64,000 bases of DNA from Oculina patagonica. Taxonomy: Eukaryota. Below are positions 40,008-51,450 of this stretch, piece by piece. The DNA lies in assembly GCF_052425735.1 (NCBI RefSeq), contig NC_135769.1:25854001-25918000 (forward strand), written 5' to 3'. A model generated the notes under the pieces. That model saw only the letters and a list, made by a program, of their open reading frames with translations, was not told where the DNA came from and did not search any database. Within the stretch, counting starts at the first letter, position 1. Each line of letters opens with the position of its first letter. The translations under genes were made by a program, and so were the position numbers.

Positions 40008-41650
40008 AGTTGTACCGTGTAGTGGCGACAGGGATCAGAGACGTTTCTAACCTGCGATCAGGTGTTATTTTTCTCGATCGCAGGTTAAGACGTTTCTTGT
40101 TATAAGCTCAAAGTGAAATTAGTGTAAGGTGTGATAGCACATCGTAACATTAAGACCAAATGGATAAGCAAAAAAGTCGAACGAACCGAAATAAAGAACC
40201 ACGCTATTAGTTCTAAAAAGATTTAGTTATAAATTATTAGCCGTGTCACGTCAGTTTCCGTTTTGTCACGGAAAAACTCGCCCCAGGGATCTAAATTGGA
40301 GTCAAGGAAACAGACTTGTAAGTATTTTTTTGAATAGCGTATTTCTATGAAAAGTATTTCATTTGCAATAAGGCAGTGCTTTTCTTTTCTTTGTTGGAGG
40401 AGAATATCTCCTATTGCACTCAGAGGGAAGATAATTGAACGTCGATACTCACAAATTTGTAAGTATAAGATGTGTGTAAATAAAATTCAGCTCGCACGAT
40501 CGAGCTTTGAAGTATTAAAATACCTAATACACAGAGATAGACTAAAACTTAAGGATGTCTGTGCATGTAACAAAGAAGTTAAACACGAAATTCATCAGGA
40601 AGAAAGGCAATTAAGGCCACAAAGGACCGTCTTCAGCTACTTCTTGCAAAATGGAAGGTAACAGGAAAAAAATATTGTTTTTAACTTCGTACAGGTATGT
40701 GATAATTTAATTAAAATGTCACGAATTCTTTATTTCAATGTGTGGTGTTAAAATTGAACTTATTTACTGAGAAAAGCGTTGAGATTCCAAAAATAACAAA
40801 ACTGTTAACTCAACAATAGAAAGCAGCAAAACCTAAGAGTACACAATCCAATAAGTTTACCTGACCAAGTTTAGCAGTCAATGCAACTGCATTATTAATT
40901 CCCATCAGTACGAATTCAAAGTTCCAGGACGAATAATTCGCCGTTTTTAACCGCTTAAATCGTTTGCAAGTGATCATTCTGTGAAATCACCCGTATTTTT
41001 GACTTGCAATGCCGAAAGTCAACAAATAAACCGTTTTTGTTGAAAACAACCGTTGTTCGGTTTACAACCTCATTTGCATAATGCGTGTGAAAGATTCGCT
41101 TAAAACACGAAAAGTTGGAAGTCGCTGTGGCAAAAGAAAGTAAGAAGTGCAAGGTATTTTTAGATTTCTGTGCTCTCTGGCATCTATTTAGTGGAATTCA
41201 GCTGGTATTTAGAATAGTCTGGTCTGGACTTGGAAAATAACGGCTAGCAAAGTCAGGGTAGATTGACATGTTTATAAAAAGCGATATGACGGTTGTTGAG
41301 ATATAAATTTTTCCGAACCTGAAAATAAGAAAAATATTAAAACAAACATGTTTTTACAATCTTTCAAGGACCACCTTTCATGGGATTATAATAATTTTCT
41401 GTCTCGGTCGGCGGTTTTTGTGTGCCGAGCTCGTCAACTTGTGTAATTTTTCGTTGTAGTGACCATCAAAATTAGCCTTTAAGTCGCCTTGGCTGTTATA
41501 GGCTCTAAAAAATATATTTTAACGTATTTCAAAAAACTAAAGCCGTTGCATTTACTTGTGAACCAAGATAGTTCACTGGGCAAAGTTTGAAGGAAAACTT
41601 TGTACCGACCCGAAATGCGGTGGTCCGCTTTAAAGGACATCGCCACTTAA

Positions 41651-44600
41651 GTTTGGTGCTTACGTAAACGTGTTGTCAAGTGTTGGGGTAAGCTTTGATG
41701 GTTTTCACACAATTTCAAGCTCCTTCCGTGGTACCTTAAAGGATAGACCATTTCAATTATTCATTTTGCCCATTCTTCTTTTATATTCTCATTTATAACA
41801 AAAGTAACGGCACACAATATTTTGTATTGAAGGAGGCTGGCTTCTGATCTACAACGTTGAAATTAACGGCTCATCGGCTCCTACCACTTTGAATATTAAA
41901 ACCTCATACCGTGGAATCAGCCATTACAACAACAGCAACATGGTCCTAGCGACAACCGCCTTGAATGAGCTGAGAACACATTTGTCTTTCACTCAGCTGA
42001 GGTTCCACTGTAATAAACAAATCACTCCACGTTCGTTTCACGTGATGACGGTCCCTGACAGCAGAGGGGAAGCTGTTGTCCAGTACTACAGCCGTCAGAC
42101 GGATGTCCAGCCCGACGCCTGTGGATCATTTGTAACACTGGATGGAGACAACTCCGTTCTTGCAGGGGATTGTGCCAGATGGGGAACAGAAAATGGTGCC
42201 CGCTTTGTTGGTAAATGGGGGAAAACAGGAGATCGCGAATTATACGATTATACGGCACATATTTACCCTTACCAGAATTGGGCCACTAATCCATTTCGGG
42301 CCGTACCTAGATGGGAATGTGATGACTTTTATAATAGAGCTGTAACACATGGAGACTTTTGGAAGATTTATATTCGTTAATCAATAGCAACTTTGCGTAT
42401 CCCTAAGAATTTAAATCCATGGAGGAAATTCGCGTAGCTCAGTTGCTATAATTGCACTAAGTTTTGCAATATTTTAGGGTATTAGGTACTACAGGTACAG
42501 CATTTATTATTAGAAATCACCCGGTTAGAAGGTACGGGCCAAAAACCTTACTTTTCAATTACACGATATACACCACTTTAGAGACGAGGAGAAAACTAGG
42601 GTGAGTCTCGTCTCGATCATATTATCAACAGGGCGCTTTAAATTATTTTCATCTAACAACCTAGCTCGAAAGGTAAATAAACGCACCTCTCTTTGATCAC
42701 CTGGCTAGCCTAGAAGATTTCTTAGTTTTCATTTGCTTGTTGCATTAAAACTTTGACGTCAACGCGACGTCGACTGCGAATAGCTGCAAGATTGACAATG
42801 CGCCAACTAGGACACGTTATTATCTACTAACTTGAAAGTGCTTTCGCAAAGCGATTGAGCTGAAAAATTTAGTCCATAAAATCTATAAGCTGTATGAGCT
42901 ATACACTACTGAGTAAGTGATATAGGAGATATGAGACATCTTAAAGATTTATGTTCGTTAATCGCTAGCAACTCTTGCGTATCGGAAATTCTCGTAGCTC
43001 AGTTGCTATAATTGCACTAATCTTTTCAATATTTTGGGGTATTTGGGGTACCAAATGTAAAGTATTTATTATTAGAAATCACCCGGTTAGAAGGCACGAA
43101 CCAGAAACCTTACTTTTTACACGATATTCGCCATTTTAGAGACGAGGAGAAAACTAGGTTGAGTCTCATATCGATCATATTATCAACAAAGCGCTTTATA
43201 TTTGAGCAGTTTTCAATTGAGTGTCGTATCTGGCCAATCACAAAGGACACAGACAATCCAGTGAACCAAGCAAAACTCGAAGCAATTGCATGTAGCTTGT
43301 GCGAAACGCGGGAGAACGTGCGCTAGGAAACCACCATTAATTTCGGTTTTACTCCTGATTGGTTGAGAAAGTGGCGCGAGTTTTTTCAACCAAAAATGTA
43401 GCAATGCAAAACCAAAGCAAACACAAATCAGTACTTTTGACGCTCAAGTGAAAACCGCTCTATTTCCATTTAACAACCTAGCTCGAAAGGTAAATCAACG
43501 CACTTATTGCCAGCTTATACCGAGTAGGTACAGTTGACTGTCACCTAACCAGAACACTTCTAAGTATTCATTTGCTTCATGCGTTTATACCTTAACCTCA
43601 TAGCGACTGCTGCATAGTCAGCGTAGTTGTATGATTTATTGAGAGTGCTTTCGCAAAGCGAGTGAGCTGAAAAATTTAGGTCATAAAATCTATAAGCTGT
43701 ACGTGCTAAACCATTAAGTAAGTGATAAAGAAGATATGAGACGTCTTAAGGAAAATACTATCATATATTAGGAAATCAATGATTTTTTAATTTATTCCCA
43801 GGTTTGAATTTATTTGATGTAAATATAATTATATATACATTTTTCTGTTGTATTGCGAATCATTGAGGAAGAAACATTAATATAATTAAACTGTAAGCTT
43901 TTTAGATTAAACTTATTAGTAGGTACCGTGTTGTATTGTTAATTATAAAATGGTCAACGAATTGCGCGCGCTGTGATTGGTCAATTCGAACTCATTATAA
44001 TCCCATAAAGCACGCTGCATACGTCACGCGCGTGCTTTATCGAGTTATAATGCACGCTGCTTACGTCACGAGTTTTAGCGTGTGCAGTTTCTTTAACATT
44101 TCATAAACGAATTAAAAATCTTTCTCCTCGTGCATTGTTGAGTTATATAAGCACGCGGGAATTTTTAAGAACACTCGAGAAGTGCGAGAAGCACTCGGCT
44201 GCGCCTCGAGCTTCTCTATGCACTTCTCTCGTGTTCTTAAAAATTCCCGCGTGCTTATATAACTCAACAATGCACTCGGGATCGTTTTTTATTTCTTTAT
44301 TAATAATCTATAGTGCTGTAAGTAGTGTTATAATTATTGTAACTAATGTTAGTATTTTAAGACATGTTCGTATTGCGAGACAATTTAGTGTTGATATTAA
44401 AGTTAGGATTGAAAACAACGTTAATATCGTAGGTAAGCAACGCCAGTATTGTAAGTAACGCCAGTATTGCAAATAACGTTAGTATTTTAAATGTTGTAAG
44501 TATTTTGAGTGATGTTAGTATTGCAGATAAAACATAATATAGAAAAACCTTTGATTCAATTTAAAAATATCGTGTTTTTAGACTTTTGTACCACAGTGGA

Positions 44601-45535
44601 ACAAATGTTACGGAGCCCAGGAGAACGACACTTTAGTTTCGGAGCCTTGTTTGGCACAGTTTTTGTCAGTTTAAATTTCTCTGTAGATGTGTAGTTTATG
44701 CCAACTCATCTCTTTATCCTATTAATATCCCTCTCGTTCCGGTACGCCTCAGAGCTGTATTGTATCAACATTGAACAAGAAGAGAAGGGGGGGGGGGGGG
44801 GGGATAGGCACAAATTTATTATAAATAACGATAATAATAACATATCACTTATGCACCAACTTGTAAAATCATGGCTCTTTTTTATGATAAAATAAAAAAG
44901 TGCTGTTATTTAAAACCCGAGCGTTCAAAATACTTTTTTTATATTTAGAACGTCAATTTTATCGTTGTGAGTTTGTTAGCGACCTGTTAGTGTCTATATA
45001 TGCTCCTTATTAACTCGAAAGACAAGAATACTCGATATTCTTAACTTTTCAAAAGGTGTCCTATAAGTATATGCATGCAAAATCAGTGTCAGTGAGCGAG
45101 TAGCTCGAGACCCCCCCCGAATAATTTTTTCTTTGTTTCATGCTTAATCTGGCAGATTTTATTGATTTCAAAGGGATGCCCCTTCTCTGACTTATAAATT
45201 TCTGTACTAAGCAAAGGCTGGTCGTGCGATCACCCTCAAAATGATTCTGATAGAAATTGTTTTGAAATTTAACTGATAGATTAATGGCACTTCTGCATAG
45301 TCGGCACATGGAATTAACCGTAGTTCTGTTCGTGAAATAGCTAAAATACCCTGTGTTCGGCCATATAACTACTGTAGCTACTATCGGCTTAATGGCTGCT
45401 GATTTTTAGTCATCGTCATTCTATATAGTTATGCGCGCTGTCGTAACTTGAGGTAACGAATTAAAACAATAGAGAAACCCCATTTGCATTTTCTCTTCAG
45501 ACACGTAGCCGGTTTGTGTAGCAATAGTAATACAA
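41651..45535 (+). repeat. Segmental duplicate of ~13763-17686 (B terminal exon and downstream flank)
   Basis: Near-identical sequence, including shared MITE, palindromic repeat and KIYVR remnant; duplicated spurious ORFs 16252/44135. Confidence 0.9.
41833..42380 (+). CDS. Terminal variable exon of unit B2 (open)
   Basis: Acceptor gtattgaag|GA GGC TGG; 548 nt; matches ORF 41889-42380. Confidence 0.8.
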
Positions 45536-46507
45536 CACGCTTTTAATTTGTTAGCTTTCCTTTTCCGTTTATAGCCCCAACATTGTGATTACCTTGTAAT
45601 TAAATTCCTAGCACGATAGACAATTATTTTCTCCATAAAATTAAGGGGGAAGAACAATGTCTTTTCTATTGAAGTTTTTTTAACATATTTTTATGCTTTT
45701 TAACTTATATAAGTGAGCTTCTTTTACAATGTATTTTCTATTAAAGCTTTTTTTTTCTTTTTCGAATGCCACCCTCAGTAGGAAATTTCGACGAAACGCT
45801 TTGAATTAATAATTCCAACGTTAAGCGTTAGTGAGTTTTTCGCATATTATTAGTGGGAAGATACCTAACTATACAATATAAATTTTGTTGTCGAAGATTT
45901 TTTGGACTTCATATCCTGGGCTTCCTAACTTCAATGCGTGACATTACTTTTTATTAAATAATCGAACTCTTTATTTTCTTTCTTGAATCCCAACCGCATT
46001 TGGTTAAGTTACATTAACATATAAAGAGGAAATTATTCCATTAAAACTCAAGCAGGTCATACTTTTTAATTCGACTTGATCGGTTATCGAATTATATTAT
46101 ATTAACCCATTTGGCCAAATCAGAATAAGAAATCATCCGCCATCAGTTTTGCTTGTCACTTGCTTCCTTTTCATTTGCTTTTTTAAGAGGCTGTATTTTT
46201 TAAAACCGCCCACTCCAATTCGCGTCAAAAAATGATTTTGCTTGAAACTCTGGCAACTGAGAGACTTTACTAAAACAAATTTAGTTTGTTTCAAAATGAA
46301 ATTTCTGGCCGCGTTAGGACGGACTGAGAAAATGGGCATTTTTCGAGCAACTGTAAAATATTTCATTCGCATTAAACACTGACAATTTTTATATCAAATT
46401 GTTCATAAACATTTCTTGTTTTCTAAGAAAGAAGGAAATCATAAAACTGAAATTATCTAAATTAATGTGACGTAACAACTTACAGAAGAAACGGTTTACT
46501 ATTGCAG

Positions 46508-47423
46508 TCAGACAAGGATGGAATTCCCTTTGGCCTGGCCATTCATGTAAAAGCATCATGGATTCTGGTCACTCCAGAGGAGACGGGGAGTACTAGATTG
46601 CTCCTGAGGGTAACGGAAACCCTATACCAGTGTACTGTGACATGACAACTGCCGGTGGTAAGTGATGGTGATAATGACAGTGATAATGATAATAATGTTG
46701 ATAGTATTATCACAAGCAAATTCAATATTATATTAAAGTCTCGGTGCTCGCGTAAACGTGTTCTCAAGTAAACCTTATATTGGTCTATATAATCCAAAAT
46801 ACTGATTCCTTTTGCCAACTTCTTTTATATCAAATTTATAACAAAAGTAACGGCGCACGACATACTGTTTTTCAGGAGGCTGGCTTCTGATCTTCAACAT
46901 TGTGATTAACGGCTCATCAGCTCCTACTACCTTGGATATTCAAACATCATACCGCGGAATCAGCCATTATAACAACAGCAACATGGTCTTAGCGACTACT
47001 GCCTTGAATGAGCTGAGAACACATTTGCCTTTCACTCAGCTGAGGTTTCAGTGCAATAAACAAATCACTCTACGTTCGTTTCACCTGATGACGGTCCCTG
47101 ACAGCAAAGGGGAAGTTGTAGTCCAGTACTACAGCCGTCAGACGGATGTCCAGCCCGACGCCTGTGGATCCTTTGTAACACTGGATGATGACAACTCGGC
47201 TCTTGCAAAGGATTGTGCCAGATGGGGAGGAGAAAATGGTGACTGGTGGGTTGGTAAATGGGGAAACACTGGATTTCGCGAATTATACGGAAAAACGGCA
47301 CATATTTACTATCGCCCGAATTGGGCCACTAATCCATTTCAGTCCCCACCTAGATGGGAATGTGATGACTATTATACAGCATCTGTATCACATGGAGACT
47401 TCTGGAAGATTTTTGTTCGTTAA
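46508..47423 (+). pseudogene. Orphan C-terminal cassette C5: 150-nt exon with premature TAG; terminal exon open; no upstream exons
   Basis: Exon 46508-46657 has TGG>TAG at 46594-46596; exon 46876-47423 intact. Upstream 45537-46507 is a copy of A2 intron 3 (from ~21709) fused directly to the B2 flank. Confidence 0.82.
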
Positions 47424-47424
47424 T

Positions 47425-47936
47425 TATACCTAATCGTACCTTTTAGGTACGCTTCGGCGGCATATCAGGCGAGTTTGGTCGAGCCATGGCTCGTATTTTG
47501 GCGAGAAGTATTCGAGCCAAAATACCCATGGCGAGACTAAACGAGCCTGATATGCCGCCGAAGCGTACCTTAAAGGTACGATTAGGTATTTACCGTACCC
47601 AAATTTAGAATTGAGCGAAAAATTTTGAAATTCCGACTCTATTGTTTCAGTCTGAATGTTTCAGTACTCGTCTGCAAACATTGGCGAGCGCGCTCAAATT
47701 TTGTTTTGGCGGGAAAGTTATAACTTCTTTTACGACCGGTAAACACTAGCTTATCTTAAATTTCGAGGTTCTGTTTCATTTATAAAACCTCTTTTCAGTT
47801 CATCGTACGGTGACACTACTTTACTTGAAAGTGTCCATGATATGGTGGCATATCAGGTCAGTGACTTGATATCGTAGGATATCAGGACAGTAGATCGCGC
47901 TTCTGATTGGCTACTTGCGAATTTGGGTACGGTAAT
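47425..47936. mobile_element. Palindromic insertion immediately after the C5 stop codon (possibly Crypton-like)
   Basis: ~164-bp hairpin 47426-47589, then TTACCGTACCCAAATT (47590-47605) inverted at 47920-47935. Flanked by TAAT repeats; other units read gtTAATca directly. Confidence 0.6.
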
Positions 47937-50900
47937 CACTAATAACTTCGCGTATTCCTGAGAATTAAAATCCAACGGAAATTCTCGTAGCTCAGATGCT
48001 ATAATTGCACTAATTTCTGCAATATTTTGGGGATATTCGAGGTACTAAATGTAAGGTATTTATCATTAGAAAACACCCTGTTAGAAGGCATGGACCAAAA
48101 ATCTTACTTTTTAGGCCACAGATAATTCAGTGAACCAATCAAATCTCGGTGTAATTGCATGTAGCTGATGCGAAGCACGGGAGAACGCGCGAGAGCAAAT
48201 CAAGATTTATTTTGGAAAGTGGGGGGAGTTTTTTTTTTCAACCAATCACTAAGCGAAGCGATGCAAAACCAAAGCAAACACGAATTACTTTCGGCACTCA
48301 AGTGAAAACCGCTCTATTTCCATCTAACAGCCTAGCTCGAAAGGTAAATCAACGCACTTCTCTTTGTCGGCTTCATACCGCACGGATGCAGTTTTCATCT
48401 GTCACCTTGCCAGAAGACTTATGAGTATTCATTTGTTTCATGCGTTTATACCTTGACCTAGTAGCGACTGCGTAGTCTGCATAGTTGTAAGATTTACAAT
48501 GCAACAAGGATACGTAAATCTACGGTCTTGAGAGTGCTTTTGCAAAGCGCGTGGGCTGAAAAATTTGTTCATAAAATCTATATGCTGTACGTGCTACACC
48601 ACTAAGTAAGTGATAAAGAAGTTGTGACGTTTAATTTAAGGAAAACACAATCTTGTATTAGAAAAGGGAAATCAATATTTTTTCCAGATTTGTTTTTATT
48701 TAAAAAAACAAAACAAAGAAAATCTTGTTCTTGCACTTTTGTACACAGTTGAGCAAATGTTACGGAGTTCAGAAGCCTGAGACTTTTGTCTCGGAGCCTT
48801 GTTTGGCACAGTTTTTGTGAGTTTAAAGTTCTCTCTAGATGTGTAGTTAATGACAATCACTCTACCCTTTCAATGCCCCTTGAACTGAACTAGATTGGGG
48901 GGAAGGGATAGGCCCAATTTTTCTATATATAAATAACAATGATAATTGCCATCCTTTCGTTTAAGTGTAGAATTTTAAGCTAATAATGGGTTAATCATTT
49001 AAGTGTGAAAATTTAATATGCCCCCAATTAGCTTGATCATGACAGCTAAAAACTACGACACTTAATCGACCTCGCTGAGTTTTGAACTCAGACCGTTGTA
49101 TCATCGATCGTTTACTCCGTTAGAACAAGTAGGGTGCACAAAGAATATTAGCAGAAGCATAAGATAATGGAAGAATTCAATTGAAATTGTACCGCTAACT
49201 TTAAATAAATCATTTAAAAATCATTTTGTTTCTTGGTTTTTTTCTCAAGTAGACTAAACTTAAATAGGTTGCATGCCAGTTGGTCACCATAGAATGTACA
49301 TTTTCACACGTTCATACCTTACCGGACAGAACCGGCTTAAGGGACTCCGTTACAAAGGCTGTTTCCATTGGCTAGAGACACTAGCTTAAGGGACTCCATT
49401 TCAAAGGCTGTTTGCATTGAAGGCTACATCTTACCATCCCGAGGATTATAACTAGCTTTCTATATAAGAGGATCTAAAAGGGGTGATAGCATTTACGGCT
49501 GCTGCTAATAATCAGCCTTTTTTTTACGCCTAACGGATAATTGATTTTCTTCAGGGTTAACAGAAACCTCAAAGGGAAATGAAAATTGCTTTAAAATGTT
49601 AAAATTAATTTTGATTGAGCCCCAAGAAACTCGATGTCTTCAATCAAACTTCGAAGAAAACGAAGAGATCAAAAAATGACTTGTGTTTAATACCCGACTC
49701 ACACAACTTGCCTTATTTTCACTAAACTATAAACTGAGCTCATTTTATTTTAGTTATTTATTAGGAAACTCGAAAACGTTTTATACGGGTAGGATCCACC
49801 CAGAGGTCCAACCCATTACCCTTTTGTAGACCATTTTTCATAGAAAAGGAACTCCTTTCGTATACTTTATATTGGAAAAAAGGTACTTCTCTCATATACC
49901 TACACGATATGACATATACCTAAAACGGGAAGTTTTCTTGTCATTTTTATAAAGCGCATAATAAATTGAGACGATACAGTCAAAAATTGCGTCTGCTCGA
50001 AATATTAAATATAAAGGTTTTTTTAAATATTATAATGGCAGATTTCCTACCCTTTCGTATACCTAAACTTGTGAAATCCCTACCCTTTTATATATCTGAA
50101 GCCTGAACAAGGTATCCCTTTCGGGCGGAGCCTTCCCGTATAGGTCGTTATAGGGAGTACAGCCCCCCCCCCCCCTCCACCCGGGCCTGGGTTCCCGCAT
50201 CTGTTTCCTGTAGAACAAAACCCGTATGAGTACGTGTTTAATTAAGTGTTTTCATACAATGTATGAACTACGGGAGACAGTGTTTCATTACATTTCTGAA
50301 TATGCACAGAGCTGCTTTTTTCCGAAATTCTAGCTGGAAATGTTATATACTAAGTCAAGTGCTTAACACATCTTCAAAAAAATATATAAATAAACCAAAG
50401 GAAAAATAAAACTGTAAGGTCAGATATTTAAAACACTGTAAATGAATTGCCAACAGATTTGAGAAGGTTTTAATATACGGAAAGAAGAGATTTTCTTTCC
50501 TCGTTCATACAGTCAGCCTACTGGGAAAATAGAAACAAAAGTAAAAACATGGGAGAGCTCGAAACGGTTTAGAAAGTTCTCGCTTGCAGCTCTCGCATCC
50601 CGAGTATGTTTCTTGATCGAGAATGAAACCACCCGTATATCCACAAAATAAACAAACAAACAAACACAAAATGAATGAGTTTATTGGTGGCATCAACACT
50701 GCTGTGTTATGATTGTGGATACTGTTAGCATTAAACAAATATTTGAAATAAGACATACATGTAAACAGTCAACCTGATCCCAACTGGTAGGAGGCTATTA
50801 ACCAAAGCGCGGCTGAAGACTCTTTTCTCTATTCCCTTAGCAATTTTTTTAATCACTAGGATGTCAGAAAGTTCCTAGATCTGTAAACACCGCTTTCAAT

Positions 50901-51450
50901 TGAAACAAAACGTGCCATATGTTGTTTTGTGTGGTAGTGCTCAAAATGTGCTTACTGTCGTCCATAACTTATCAATTTACTCTAAGAAAACACTCCATTT
51001 ATGGTGGTTTTCTAGAATACTGTGAAAAAAAAAACATGGAAGTGATTAACAGCTGTCATAAAAGCTAATTATGCATTCCTCTTTCCAATCTCCGTTATTT
51101 TTATTTATGGAATATAGGTATTGAAAGACAATAAATGTTAGTTTAAAGTATTTTTAGGAATATTAAATACAGTAGCAAACATTGCAAAGAGCCCAAAAAC
51201 CTTTACGATTAGCAAGCGTGGAACTGCAAACAGTTATCGATAAGGTGCTTTCAAAATAGATACGCTTATAATACCACGGCTTTGTCATTAAACAACTGCA
51301 TGATTTGTTTTACAAAGTACCTCCTCCATGCTGAGGTAGCGCTGGATATCAATGTCATTTGATTAGATGTTTGCGCTTATTGTGATTTGTTTACTCGGAA
51401 TATGTCACGGATGCAGTTTTTAGGAAACTTGAATCGCTGATCGGAAAATA

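Larger units (their letters stand above)
34723..41646. mobile_element. 6.9-kb long-TIR (~620 bp) TTAA element, Sola3-like, with transposase 5' remnant and nested insertions
   Basis: TTAA|GTGGCGATGTCCTTTAAAGCGG... and ...CCGCTTTAAAGGACATCGCCAC|TTAA. Arms ~34723-35340 and ~41029-41646. The empty site in B1 (ccacatTTAAgttttgg, ~13752-13768) shows the insertion point. Confidence 0.88.
25773..42380 (+). pseudogene. Gene B2: signal exon deleted except its last ~13 nt; PAN, EGF, cbEGF, 150-nt and terminal exons all intact; two large transposons in introns
   Basis: Residual gtgtcggcatcgg|gtagg at ~25773-25790. Exons 31178-31428, 31642-31756, 31854-31976, 34423-34572 and 41833-42380 join in frame with GT-AG sites. 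Confidence 0.78.

Noticed and set aside
41651-46960. Duplications as pure assembly artefacts
   Set aside because: Copies differ by diagnostic indels, TE insertions and coding changes, so they look real; long-read confirmation is still advisable.
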